Of a stretch of 64,000 nt of DNA, positions 39,300-48,817 are shown in pieces. Under the pieces are notes generated by a model. That model did not search any database. It saw only the letters and a list, made by a program, of their open reading frames with translations, and had not been told where the DNA came from. A program made the position numbers and the translations under genes. The first letter of the stretch is position 1; the number at the start of each line of letters is the position of its first letter. The stretch comes from an uncultured Alphaproteobacteria bacterium (GTDB lineage: Bacteria > Pseudomonadota > Alphaproteobacteria > Rhizobiales > Rhodomicrobiaceae). The stretch lies in the NCBI GenBank assembly GCA_963842775.1, contig CAWJHQ010000013.1, positions 162,896 to 226,895 of the forward strand, given 5' to 3'.

Positions 39300-40187
39300 A
39301 TGAGCGAAACTCCAATGCTCCCATCCGACATTGTGGGGCTTACCAAGGTTGCGCCCTTGTCGCGCCGTGATTTCATGACGGCCGCCGCCGCCGCGACGGC
39401 AGGCTATACGCTGGCCGCCGGGCCCGTCCGCGCCGACGTCGTCAAGACCGACACCAGCGGCCTCACGGTCGGCGACGCAACCGCCAAGGTGGCGGGCGGG
39501 GAGATGCCGGTCTACTTCGCCAAGCCCCAGGGCAAGGACAATCCGCCGGTCATCCTCGTCGCGATGGAGGTGTTCGGCCTGCACGAATATATCAAGGACG
39601 TGACGCGCCGGCTGGCGAAGCTGGGCGCCCTCGCCGTCGCGCCGGACTATTATTTCCGCAAGGGCGTCGATCTCACCAAGATCACCGACACCAAGGAGTT
39701 GATGCCGATCGTCAATGCCAAGCCGGATGCGGAACTGCTCGCCGATCTCGATGCGACCGTCGCATGGGCGAAATCGCAGGGCGGCGACACCAGCCGTCTC
39801 GGCATTATCGGCTTTTGCCGCGGCGGACGCACCGTGTGGGAATACGCCGCCTATAGTGCCCAGCTCAAGGCGGGCGTGGCGTTTTACGGCTCGCTGGTCG
39901 ATCCGCAGAATCCCCTCTGGCCGAAAAGCCCGACACAGCTTGCGCCGGACATGAAAGCGCCGGTGCTCGGTCTTTACGGCGAGGCCGACCAGGGCATTCC
40001 GGTCACCCAGGTCGAGGCGATGAAGGCCGCGCTCGCAGCCGCCGGCAAGACCGCGGATTTCAAGATCTATCCCGGCGCACCGCACGGCTTCCACGCCGAT
40101 TACCGGCCGAGCTATCGTCCAGAGGTCGCCGAGGCTGCCTGGGGCGAAATGCAGAGCTGGTTCAAGAAATACAAGGTGCTGGGCTAA
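39300..40187 (+). CDS. Dienelactone hydrolase family protein with a Tat signal
   Basis: SRRDFMTAAAAATAGYTLAAGPVRA (twin-arginine signal); the nucleophile motif is GIIGFCRGG. Confidence 0.8.
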   Translation: MSETPMLPSDIVGLTKVAPLSRRDFMTAAAAATAGYTLAAGPVRADVVKTDTSGLTVGDATAKVAGGEMPVYFAKPQGKDNPPVILVAMEVFGLHEYIKDVTRRLAKLGALAVAPDYYFRKGVDLTKITDTKELMPIVNAKPDAELLADLDATVAWAKSQGGDTSRLGIIGFCRGGRTVWEYAAYSAQLKAGVAFYGSLVDPQNPLWPKSPTQLAPDMKAPVLGLYGEADQGIPVTQVEAMKAALAAAGKTADFKIYPGAPHGFHADYRPSYRPEVAEAAWGEMQSWFKKYKVLG

Positions 40188-40429
40188 TCCCGCCTAAGCA
40201 GACATGCCTTGGTTGCCCAACGAATGTCTGCTTAGATTCGTATGTTTTCGCAGAGTTTTTTCCCAAAACCGGGAAGGCCAGCCCCGCTTTCGTGGGGCCA
40301 TGCTTTTGGGAACTCTGCTTAGTGCCGCCGTTGACAATAACCGATCGGCTCGGCTATCGCGCGCCGATCGGTGGACGCCAAACGGGGCCATGACTGCCCT
40401 CCCGACCTGTCAATGGAGCAAATGACGCG

Positions 40430-40843
40430 ATGCGCCCTCAGCCCCTGATTGCCGTCACCGACGTCGAAGCCAGCAGCCGCTGGTATCAGCGCCTCCTCGG
40501 TTGCGAAAGCGCGCATGGCGGCGCGGAATATGAGCGCCTGGTCTCGAACGGTGCGCTGATCCTGCAATTGCACCGCTTCGACGTGGAGCATCACCACGGC
40601 CCGATCGCCGATGCCGAGGACAAGCCCTATGGCAATGGTTTGCTGCTGTGGTTCGAGACCGATGATTTCGACGCCGCCATGGCCCGCGCCGAGGCGATGC
40701 AGGCGGAGATCGTGATGCCCCGCCACCGTAATCCGCCCACAGGCGACGACGGCCCCAATCACTGGGAATGCTGGTTGCGCGATCCGGACGGCTATGTGGT
40801 CGTGATCGCCAGCCCGGATGGCTCGGCCACCCACATGGAGTAG
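40430..40843 (+). CDS. VOC/glyoxalase family protein
   Basis: MRPQPLIAVTDVEASSRWYQRLLGCES...WLRDPDGYVVVIASPDG. Confidence 0.7.
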   Translation: MRPQPLIAVTDVEASSRWYQRLLGCESAHGGAEYERLVSNGALILQLHRFDVEHHHGPIADAEDKPYGNGLLLWFETDDFDAAMARAEAMQAEIVMPRHRNPPTGDDGPNHWECWLRDPDGYVVVIASPDGSATHME

Positions 40844-40979
40844 CGGCGGCGGGCAGCGATACACTCCCTAGCGATGTGCATGAGTAGGTGAAATCCGGGG
40901 ACAGCGTCCCTGGCGATGGATATCTGCCGAAATAGCCGGTAAGAGTGGGAGGCGCAAACAGGCATCATGAAGGGATAAA

Positions 40980-41786
40980 ATGGTGAAATTCCAAACAAGA
41001 ATCATTGGGAGCATCCTACTCATTTCGGCCATTGCCGTGTCCTCGGCCTATGCTCAGCGCCGCGACGAGAAGCGCGGCGGCGACGATGATTGGGAGCGGT
41101 TGGGCTGCGAGGACGTGGGGCGCCGGACGGATAAGGACGAGATCAAGGTGGGCCGCCGCGAAGGCCGCTTCTCCGCGATCCGCCTGGAGGCAAAAGGGAA
41201 TGACGTCAGCATCCTCGATCTCAAGGTGATCTACGATCGCGGCGACCCGGACGACATTCGCGTGCGCTCCGAAATCCAGGAAGGCAGTCAGACCCGTCCG
41301 CTTGATCTCAGAGGCCGGGATCGGGTCATCGACCGGATCGAAATCGTCTCCAAGCGGGATTTCAAAGGCCGCGGCCGGGGCAAGGCGCAGGTTTGCGCTT
41401 ATGGCCTCAAAGCCAAGGATGAACGGCGCGGCGATGATCGGCGCGACGACCGCCGGTCCGACGGCAAATGGGAAGAGCTTGGCTGCCAGTCGGTCGGCCT
41501 GCTGGGCGACCGCGACACCATCAAGGTCGGCCGCCGCGAGGGCCGCTTCAAAGCGATCAAGCTCAATGTCTCAGGGAATGACGTTCATATCATGGACCTC
41601 AAAGTCATCTACACCAATGGGGATCCGGACGATATCCAGGTGCGGTCCGAAATTCGCCAGGGTGGCGAAACCCGTCCGCTTGACCTCAGGGGCCGCGAAC
41701 GCACCATCGATCGCGTCGAAATGATCTACCGCGCCAAGCCCAATTTCAAGGGCAAGGCCAGAGTGTGCGTGTCCGGGCTTCAATAA
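40980..41786 (+). CDS. Secreted protein with two tandem ~120-aa internal repeats, function unknown
   Basis: Signal peptide LLISAIAVSSAYAQ. The unit WE(R/E)LGC(E/Q)xVG...IKVGRREGRF.AI.L...GNDV.I.DLKVIY..GDPDDI.VRSEI..G..TRPLDLRGR.R.IDR.E... (ending ...VC..GL) occurs twice, at aa ~36-147 and ~151-268. Confidence 0.5.
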   Translation: MVKFQTRIIGSILLISAIAVSSAYAQRRDEKRGGDDDWERLGCEDVGRRTDKDEIKVGRREGRFSAIRLEAKGNDVSILDLKVIYDRGDPDDIRVRSEIQEGSQTRPLDLRGRDRVIDRIEIVSKRDFKGRGRGKAQVCAYGLKAKDERRGDDRRDDRRSDGKWEELGCQSVGLLGDRDTIKVGRREGRFKAIKLNVSGNDVHIMDLKVIYTNGDPDDIQVRSEIRQGGETRPLDLRGRERTIDRVEMIYRAKPNFKGKARVCVSGLQ

Positions 41787-42111
41787 GCTGAAAAATCCGG
41801 GCCGGGCCGGCGATGGGACCGGCCCGCTCCTCTCTATGGTCGTTCAGCGGATCGCCGGCCACCAGCAGCAAAGACACCTCATACTCGCGACGCTGGCAGC
41901 AACATAGCCTTCGGTCCAGCCGTCCTCTATCTTCTCGCGATGCATTCTTATGATGTGCCGCTGTGCGGCCGCGTCGTGGGCATGTGTTTCGTATTCACCT
42001 GCGCCATTCGCTCTCTGAAAATTTGCGTCGGACCGACATCAGACGCCATGACATTCCGAATGGGATGGAATACGTAATATCTGCGAGGCACTACCACCCA
42101 ACGGGCGCGGC

Positions 42112-42921
42112 ATGAACGAACAGCAGAAGCAAAACGCGGCGCTTGCCTATGAGCTTGTCCGCACCCGCCTCGCCGCGAGCCGCGACCCGCGCGAGCTGTG
42201 CCTGTGCGCCACGCAATGTTTCAGCCAGGGGCCCGAGGATGGCTGCATCGCCGAGATCTTCCGGCGCATCGGTGTCCGCGACCGCTTCTTCGTCGAGATC
42301 GGCGCGGGGGATGGGCGCGAGAACACCACGCGGCTGCTGCTGACGCTCGGCTGGTCGGGTATCTGGGTGGAAGGCAGCGGCAAGAATTGCGCCGCGATCC
42401 GCCGCGATTTCGCCGAACCGATCGCCAGCGGCCGGTTGCGGCTGATCGAGGGCATGGTGACGGCGGAGAATATCGAGGCGCTACTGCGCGAGGCGGGAGC
42501 GCCGGAGCGTTTCGACCAGCTCAGCGTCGATCTCGACATGAATACCTATCATATATGGGCGGCGCTGAAGTCGTTCCGGGCGCGGGCGGCCTGCATCGAA
42601 TATAATGCCTCGATCCCGCCGAGCTGGGAGTTCGTCGTGCCCTATGACCCGCAAGCGGTGTGGGACGGCTCGAACTGGTATGGCGCCGGGCTGAAATCGC
42701 TGCAATTGCTGGGCGAAGCGCAGGGCTACCGGCTCGTGGGCTGCGATTTCTACGGGGTGAACGCGTTTTTCGTCGGCTCGGGGGAGCCGCTTGGCGAATT
42801 CGCCGAGCCCTTCACCGCCGAAAAGCATTATCAGCCGCCGAACTATTTCGCCCCGTTCCGGCACGGCCATTGGCCCGCCTCGCCGAAGCTGACCCATCCG
42901 GGCGGCGATCACACTCTATAA
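42112..42921 (+). CDS. Putative SAM-dependent methyltransferase (FkbM-like)
   Basis: ...FFVEIGAGDGRENTTRLL... is the glycine-rich SAM-binding loop, and size and layout are FkbM-like. Moderate confidence only. Confidence 0.45.
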   Translation: MNEQQKQNAALAYELVRTRLAASRDPRELCLCATQCFSQGPEDGCIAEIFRRIGVRDRFFVEIGAGDGRENTTRLLLTLGWSGIWVEGSGKNCAAIRRDFAEPIASGRLRLIEGMVTAENIEALLREAGAPERFDQLSVDLDMNTYHIWAALKSFRARAACIEYNASIPPSWEFVVPYDPQAVWDGSNWYGAGLKSLQLLGEAQGYRLVGCDFYGVNAFFVGSGEPLGEFAEPFTAEKHYQPPNYFAPFRHGHWPASPKLTHPGGDHTL

Positions 42922-43916
42922 TAGGCCCGATACCACTCGACGAACTTCGCCACCCCCTCCTCCAGGGGCGTATGCGGCGCGAAGCCAACATCGCGCGCCA
43001 GATCGTCGACATCGGCATAGGTGGCCAGCACGTCGCCGGGCTGCATCGGCAGGAAATTCTTCTGGGCCACCCGTCCCGTCGCCTTCTCGATCGCGGCTAT
43101 AAAGTCGAGCAGCTCGACCGGATTATGATTGCCGATATTATAGAGACGATAGGGCGCGGTCGAGGTTCCCGGATCGGGATTTGCCGCGTCCCATGACCGG
43201 TTCGGCTCGGGGACGAGGCCGGCGACGCGGACCACGCCTTCGACGATGTCGTCTATATAGGTGAAATCCCGGGCGTGCCTGCCGTAATTGTAAACGTCGA
43301 TCGGCTCGCCCGCGAAGATCTGCCTCGTGAATGTGAACAGCGCCATGTCGGGCCTTCCCCACGGCCCATAGACGGTGAAGAAGCGCAGGCCCGTCACCGG
43401 CAGCTGATAAAGATGCGCATAGCTATGCGCCATCAGCTCGTTGGATTTCTTGGTCGCGGCGTAAAGGCTCAATGGGTGGTCGACATTGTGATGCACGCTG
43501 AAGGGCAGCGTGCCGTTGGCGCCATAGACCGAGCTCGACGAGGCATAGACCAGATGCTCGACGCCGGTCTGGCGGCATCCTTCGAGGATATGCAGGAAGC
43601 CGGTCACGTTGGAACCGATATAGGCGTGCGGGTTGGTCAGCGAATAGCGGACCCCGGCCTGCGCGCCGAGATGGATCACCTGGTTCGGCCTTTGCGAGGC
43701 GAACAGCGCCTCCATCGCCTCCCGGTCGGCGAGATCGGCCTCGACGAATTGAAAGCCATTGCGGCCGGCGAACTGGGCCAGCCGCGCCCGTTTCAGCGCC
43801 GGATCGTAATAATCGTTGAGATTGTCGAGGCCGACGACCTCATGTCCCAGATCAAGCAGCTTGAGCGCGGTGAAGAAGCCGATGAAGCCCGCGGCGCCCG
43901 TAACCAGAATTCTCAT
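42909..43916 (-). CDS. NAD-dependent nucleotide-sugar epimerase (UDP-glucuronate 4-epimerase-like, SDR family)
   Basis: MRILVTGAAGFIGFFTALKLL...YASSSSVYG...YAATKKSNE (YxxxK). Confidence 0.85.
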   Translation of the reverse strand: MRILVTGAAGFIGFFTALKLLDLGHEVVGLDNLNDYYDPALKRARLAQFAGRNGFQFVEADLADREAMEALFASQRPNQVIHLGAQAGVRYSLTNPHAYIGSNVTGFLHILEGCRQTGVEHLVYASSSSVYGANGTLPFSVHHNVDHPLSLYAATKKSNELMAHSYAHLYQLPVTGLRFFTVYGPWGRPDMALFTFTRQIFAGEPIDVYNYGRHARDFTYIDDIVEGVVRVAGLVPEPNRSWDAANPDPGTSTAPYRLYNIGNHNPVELLDFIAAIEKATGRVAQKNFLPMQPGDVLATYADVDDLARDVGFAPHTPLEEGVAKFVEWYRAYYRV

Positions 43917-43966
43917 GATGCGCACAGAACTGAATGGTAGGAAATCCGGAGCGGAGCAGACCTGCG

Positions 43967-44030
43967 AGGCATCATTGCGAAAAGTGGCCTTCCGATTTTC
44001 GTAAATAATGATGCGCAGACAAAGACCTTG
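43967..44030 (+). repeat. R4 hairpin element, copy 2 (between the epimerase start and rpsT)
   Basis: GCATCATTGCGAAAAGTGGCCTTCCGATTTTCGTAAATAATGATGCGCAGACAAAG; see copy 1. Confidence 0.6.
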
Positions 44031-44223
44031 AGCATGTCCGTTGTTGGGCAACCAACAAAAACTTGCTGAGGGCGCTCCCTGATTGACGTCTTAAGTGACC
44101 GGCGCTATACGTGCAACCACGTTTCCAATCTCCAGCCGACGGGCCCAGGGCCTTTACCCAAGCGTGTTCTTGCGGCCGGCACGGGACGGGCTGACGAGGA
44201 ACTTTTCAAAATTCAGGACCACC

Positions 44224-44490
44224 ATGGCCAATACCAAATCTGCTAAGAAGGCAGTGCGCGCAAGCGAAAGACGCACTGTGATCAACAAAAACCGCCGCAG
44301 CCGCATGCGCACATTCATCCGCAAGGTGGAAGAAGCGATCGCGACCGGCGACAAGAGCGTGGCGGAAACGGCGCTGCGCTCTGCTCAGCCGGAAATTATG
44401 CGCGGCGCACAGAAGGGCGTCATTCATAAGAATACCGCATCGCGGAAAATATCGCGCCTTTCGGCTCGGATTCGCGTGCTGGCGGGCTGA
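44224..44490 (+). CDS. rpsT: 30S ribosomal protein S20
   Basis: [39 protein letters not shown]... Confidence 0.95.
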   Translation: MANTKSAKKAVRASERRTVINKNRRSRMRTFIRKVEEAIATGDKSVAETALRSAQPEIMRGAQKGVIHKNTASRKISRLSARIRVLAG

Positions 44491-44537
44491 TTCGGGGCCT
44501 GTTTTTCAACTCATGCAACGCTGTTGTTTTCGTGCAA

Positions 44538-44570
44538 CGCCTGGCAAAAGCCGGGCGTTTTTATTTTTTA
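44538..44570 (+). terminator. Rho-independent terminator of rpsT
   Basis: CGCCTGGCAAAAGCCGGGCG stem-loop followed by TTTTTATTTTTT. Confidence 0.75.
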
Positions 44571-45106
44571 CGCTTGCATTGAAGTTCACGTTTTAAATCA
44601 ATGATTTAAGGATTTGTTTACCTTTAGCAACCTAAAGTTGATTAATGGCTGTTTTTGCAATCAAGTGAAAAATGAGCCGAAATGGGTGGATTCGTGTTGA
44701 CCCGTATCCGCTCTTTGGTGACTCATTTCGCTCGAATTTTGTTGTTGTAATTCAATGGTTTGGTTTCGGAATATCGAGTTCGAGTCGCATTTATGCCCCT
44801 GTTGCCGCATCGAGCCTTTGCGGCTCGGCGAGCACGGCTACGGGCCCAGGCAGATTGCAACCCTTAAGCAGCGCGTGTATAGTTCGACTTATCCGAACGG
44901 GGACTGTTTCCCCTCCTGATATTTTTCCTTTGTATTGCGTACCGCCATTCTCACGTTTGCAAAATGGCATTTGCAGACGCACGGAATGAATTTGTCGAAG
45001 GTTGTTGTGGTTTATAAGGAGACTGCTTTCACCGGTTTTTAGCTTCGGTCTGTGCGGCGTCAAAGAAGCAAGAAGCGCGAATGCGGTCGGCGAGCAGGAG
45101 GTTTTT

Positions 45107-45574
45107 ATGTTTAGCGGGCTAGAGCGAGAGCGAGCGGCTTTGCGCCGTCAGCGAAGCGTTGCCTGGGCCTGGATCAAGGCTCGCGGCATCATGCAGAATC
45201 GACCCACACCCTCGCATGCGAAGCTGACGACCAGCGTTCTTCTCACGAGCGACGTGAGCGCAGGCGAAGGGGTTGCGAATTGGCGAGACAGCTTGGCTGC
45301 CATCGACCACCGCAATCTGGCGCGTCAGATCTGCGACCAATTCTACGACTTGTCCATCCTTACGGCCTGGCGTGATCGCAGCGCGAACGCGACTGCGGTT
45401 GAAAGGGCTCTGGGCATGGCTTTGCCGTCCTATTGCAGGGATAGGGCAAAGGTCCAGGTGAAGGACGCAAGTCCGAAGCCGGTCGAGAAGGCGCGCATCT
45501 TGAATGCGGTGTTCCCGGAACAGCCGGAACGACGCAGCGCGGTCGTCTTATCCATGAAATCCAAGGCGGCGTAA
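45107..45574 (+). CDS. Hypothetical protein (155 aa) between rpsT and dnaA
   Basis: An AGGAGG RBS lies 5 nt upstream (45096-45101). Codon usage is genome-typical and there is no recognisable domain. Confidence 0.5.
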   Translation: MFSGLERERAALRRQRSVAWAWIKARGIMQNRPTPSHAKLTTSVLLTSDVSAGEGVANWRDSLAAIDHRNLARQICDQFYDLSILTAWRDRSANATAVERALGMALPSYCRDRAKVQVKDASPKPVEKARILNAVFPEQPERRSAVVLSMKSKAA

Positions 45575-45685
45575 GTCCGTCAGCGCTGACAATCAATGGC
45601 AGCGTAACAACCGTCCATGAGAGACGGCGTGAATGATTTCGCGCGGCTTTAACGCTGTGGCGGAGCTTAACAGCGGGGTATTCCA

Positions 45686-47132
45686 GTGACGACTTTAGAA
45701 TTAAGCACCAATGCCATTGATAGCAAATGGCGGCGGGTTCAAGCGAGGCTGCGCGCCGAGCTTGGCGAAGACGTTTTCACCAGCTGGTTTGGTCGGGTGG
45801 AACTCGAATCGTGCGACGGCGGAACCGTTCATGTGTCCGTCCCGACGAAATTCCTGCGCAACTGGCTGCAATCGCACTATTCCGATCGCCTGCTGGCGTG
45901 CTGCAGCGCCGAACTGGCCGATGTCGACCGGCTCGAGTTCCGCGTGCGTCAGCCTCATGAGGCCGCACTTGCGGAGCGCCGCCGTCCGGAACGCATCCCG
46001 GCCAAGTTCGAGGCGCCCAAGCCGGGAGCCCCGCGCGTCGAAGAAACCGCCTTGCGCGATGGCCGCACCGGTTGGGATGGTTTCGAAGGATCGCCGCTGG
46101 AAGGACGCTTCACCTTCTCGTCCTTTATCGTAGGCTCGTCGAACAGGCTTGCCCATGCCGCCGCGCTTCAGGTGACCGAAGCGGTCGCCGATCATCCGCT
46201 GCGCTACAACCCGCTCTATCTCCATGCGAAGGTCGGCCTCGGCAAGACCCACCTCCTGCACGCCATCGCCTGGGAAGTGAAGCGCCGCAAGCCCAAGGCC
46301 AAGCTGCTGTACCTCACGGCGGAACGCTTCATGTACAGCTTCGCCGAAGCGCTGCAGACGCGCGAACTCGATCGCGTTCAAGGACAAGATCCGCGCCATC
46401 GACATTCTCCTGATCGACGATATCGAATTCCTTCAGGGCCGCACCTTCCAGCAGGAATTCTGCCACACGCTGAACTCGCTCATCGACGGCGGCAAGCAAG
46501 TGGTCGTGGCAGCCGATTGCCCGCCCATGCAGCTTGAAAGTTTTGACGCACGGATGCGGTCGCGCCTGTCGGGCGGATTGGTGGCCGAGGTTGGCGCGCT
46601 CGATTACGATCTGCGCTACAAGGTGCTGAAGCGCCGCGCGGCGGAGAAGGCCGAAAACGAGCGCGGTTTCGAGATCCCCGAGCCGGTGATCGAATATCTC
46701 GCCTCGCAGCTCACCGAAAGCGGCCGCGAACTGGAAGGTGCGATCACCCGCATTCACGCCGCGTTCCAGCTCACCTGCCAGCCGATCACGGTGGAGAGCG
46801 CCGAGCAGATCATCGGCGATCTGGTCCGCGGCAAGGAGCCTCGGCGCGTCAAGATCGACGACATTCTCCGCGTCGTGATGAAGCATTTCGGCGTCAATCG
46901 CGGCGATCTGCTCTCCAGCCGGCGGAACCGGTCGATCGTGCGGCCGCGCCAGATCGGCATGTATCTCGCCAAATCGCTGACGGCGCGCTCGCTGCCCGAG
47001 ATCGGCCGCCGGTTCGGCGGACGCGATCACACCACGGTGCTGCACGCGATCCGGAAGATCGAGTCGCTGCTGGCGGAAGATCCGACCATGAAAGAAGAGG
47101 TCGAGGTCCTCAAGCGGCTCTTGAAAGAGTAG
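45686..47132 (+). CDS. dnaA: Chromosomal replication initiator DnaA, split into 45686-~46370 and ~46380-47132 by an apparent single-base indel
   Basis: ...NPLYLHAKVGLGKTHLLHAIAW (Walker A) ... then IDILLIDDIEFLQGRTFQQEF (Walker B and sensor) ...RSIVRPRQIGMYLAKSLTARSLPEIGRRFGGRDHTTVLHAIRKIE (domain IV HTH). Confidence 0.95.
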
Positions 47133-47565
47133 TGCCGCGTTGCGGCTTTGGGTTGTAAGCTCAAAGCCATGCAGCGCCATGCCAGGTCCGGCCCTCGCGC
47201 CGGACCTGGCATATTTGGCCTTTGGCCGGCGTGTCGGCCATCAGCGGCGAACGGCGGCCCGAGCCGGCAGGCGTGTCCGAAGCTTTGGCGGGAGCGTTCA
47301 TCGATCCTGGTCCCCGCGAGGCCGCTTGCCAAACGGTTTAGGCCACGCGACAGTGCATCGCCCAATGATAGCGTTCGGCGCGGCGAATTGGCTTGACGGG
47401 GGACAAGAGCATGATCCGCAAGAGCAGGTGCTGGTTTTGCGATAAGGATCATGCTCAGCATAGAGCTGGAGCGCCGTTCTGATTCCATTCGAACGGAATG
47501 GGCTCAGGGTGCTGGCAAAGCCATTCAACGGTGCCGCGGAATCGCTGCGGCAAGGGGATGAGTCC

Positions 47566-48684
47566 ATGCGGTTGTTGATCGAGAAAAGTGCACTGCTGAA
47601 ATCCTTGCAGCATGTGACCAGCGTGGTCGAACGGCGCAATACGATCCCGATCCTGGCCAATGTGTCGCTGCGCGCCGAAAGCGACATGCTGCATCTGAAG
47701 GCCACGGACCTCGACATCGAGGTGACCGAGGTGGCGAAAGCCGAGACCGCCGCTCCGGGCGGCACCACGGTTCCGGCGCATACGCTGCACGATATCGTCC
47801 GCAAGCTGCCCGAAGGCGCCCAGATCGAGCTTGCCGGCAAGGGCGACGAGGGCCGCCTGGCGATCACGGCGGGCTCTTCCCGCTTTCTGCTCGCCTGCCT
47901 CCCCGCCGACGATTTTCCCGATCTCGGGCTTGACGGCATGTCGCATCGCTTCGAATTGCCGTCGCAGGATCTCAGGCGGCTGATCGACAAGACGCGCTTC
48001 GCCGTTTCCACCGATGAGACGCGCTATTATCTCAACGGCATCTATCTCCACGCCATCGAAGCGGATGGCGGCTGGTGCCTCCGGTCGGTGGCCACCGACG
48101 GCCACCGCCTGGCGCGCATGGATGTCGCTCTGCCCGAGGGCGGCATGGGGATGCCCGGCATCATTCTGCCGCGCAAGACGGTGCAGGAATTGGCGAAATT
48201 GCTCGCCGATCACGGCGATACCGTCGCCGTCGAACTCTCGGCGAACAAGATCCGCTTCACCGTCGGCAATGTGGTGCTGACCTCCAAGCTGATCGACGGC
48301 ACTTTCCCGGACTATCAGCGCGTCGTGCCGCAGGGTAATGACAAGATCATGCGGGTTGATAATGGCGTCTTCATCAGCGCCGTGGATCGCGTCTCCACCC
48401 TGTCCAGCGAGAAGGGCAGGGCGGTCAAATTGAACATCAGCGAAGATCGGCTGGTGCTTTCCGTGAATAATCCCAAATCCGGCTCCGCGACCGAGGAATT
48501 GAGCGTCGATTATAGCGGCGAGCCACTGGAAATCGGCTTCAACGCTCGCTATTTATTGGATATATCCGCGCAGTTCGAGGGAGACCGGGCGATGTTCAAG
48601 CTCTCCGACCCCAGCGCGCCGACCGTGCTTCAGGATGAGAAAGATTCTTCAGCCCTCTATGTCTTGATGCCGATGCGGGTCTGA
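47566..48684 (+). CDS. dnaN: DNA polymerase III beta sliding clamp
   Basis: MRLLIEKSALLKSLQHVTSVVERRNTIPILANVSL... is full-length. Confidence 0.95.
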   Translation: MRLLIEKSALLKSLQHVTSVVERRNTIPILANVSLRAESDMLHLKATDLDIEVTEVAKAETAAPGGTTVPAHTLHDIVRKLPEGAQIELAGKGDEGRLAITAGSSRFLLACLPADDFPDLGLDGMSHRFELPSQDLRRLIDKTRFAVSTDETRYYLNGIYLHAIEADGGWCLRSVATDGHRLARMDVALPEGGMGMPGIILPRKTVQELAKLLADHGDTVAVELSANKIRFTVGNVVLTSKLIDGTFPDYQRVVPQGNDKIMRVDNGVFISAVDRVSTLSSEKGRAVKLNISEDRLVLSVNNPKSGSATEELSVDYSGEPLEIGFNARYLLDISAQFEGDRAMFKLSDPSAPTVLQDEKDSSALYVLMPMRV

Positions 48685-48705
48685 GGCCGTCGGTATCCGC
48701 CTGGT

Positions 48706-48778
48706 GCATCGATCCAAATGAGGCGACAGGCCGGAGCTGGGAAGAGCCGGGCGCTGGATGCATTGGTGCGCTAGTGCC
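48706..48778 (+). repeat. Copy C (first hairpin only) of the two-hairpin element, ~40 nt upstream of recF
   Basis: TGCATCGATCCAAATGAGGCGACAGGCCGGAGCTGGGAAGAGCC...TGGATGCATTGG. Confidence 0.5.
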
Positions 48779-48817
48779 TCCCACGCGAGTGAAATGACTT
48801 CAGCCTGAGAGAATGTT

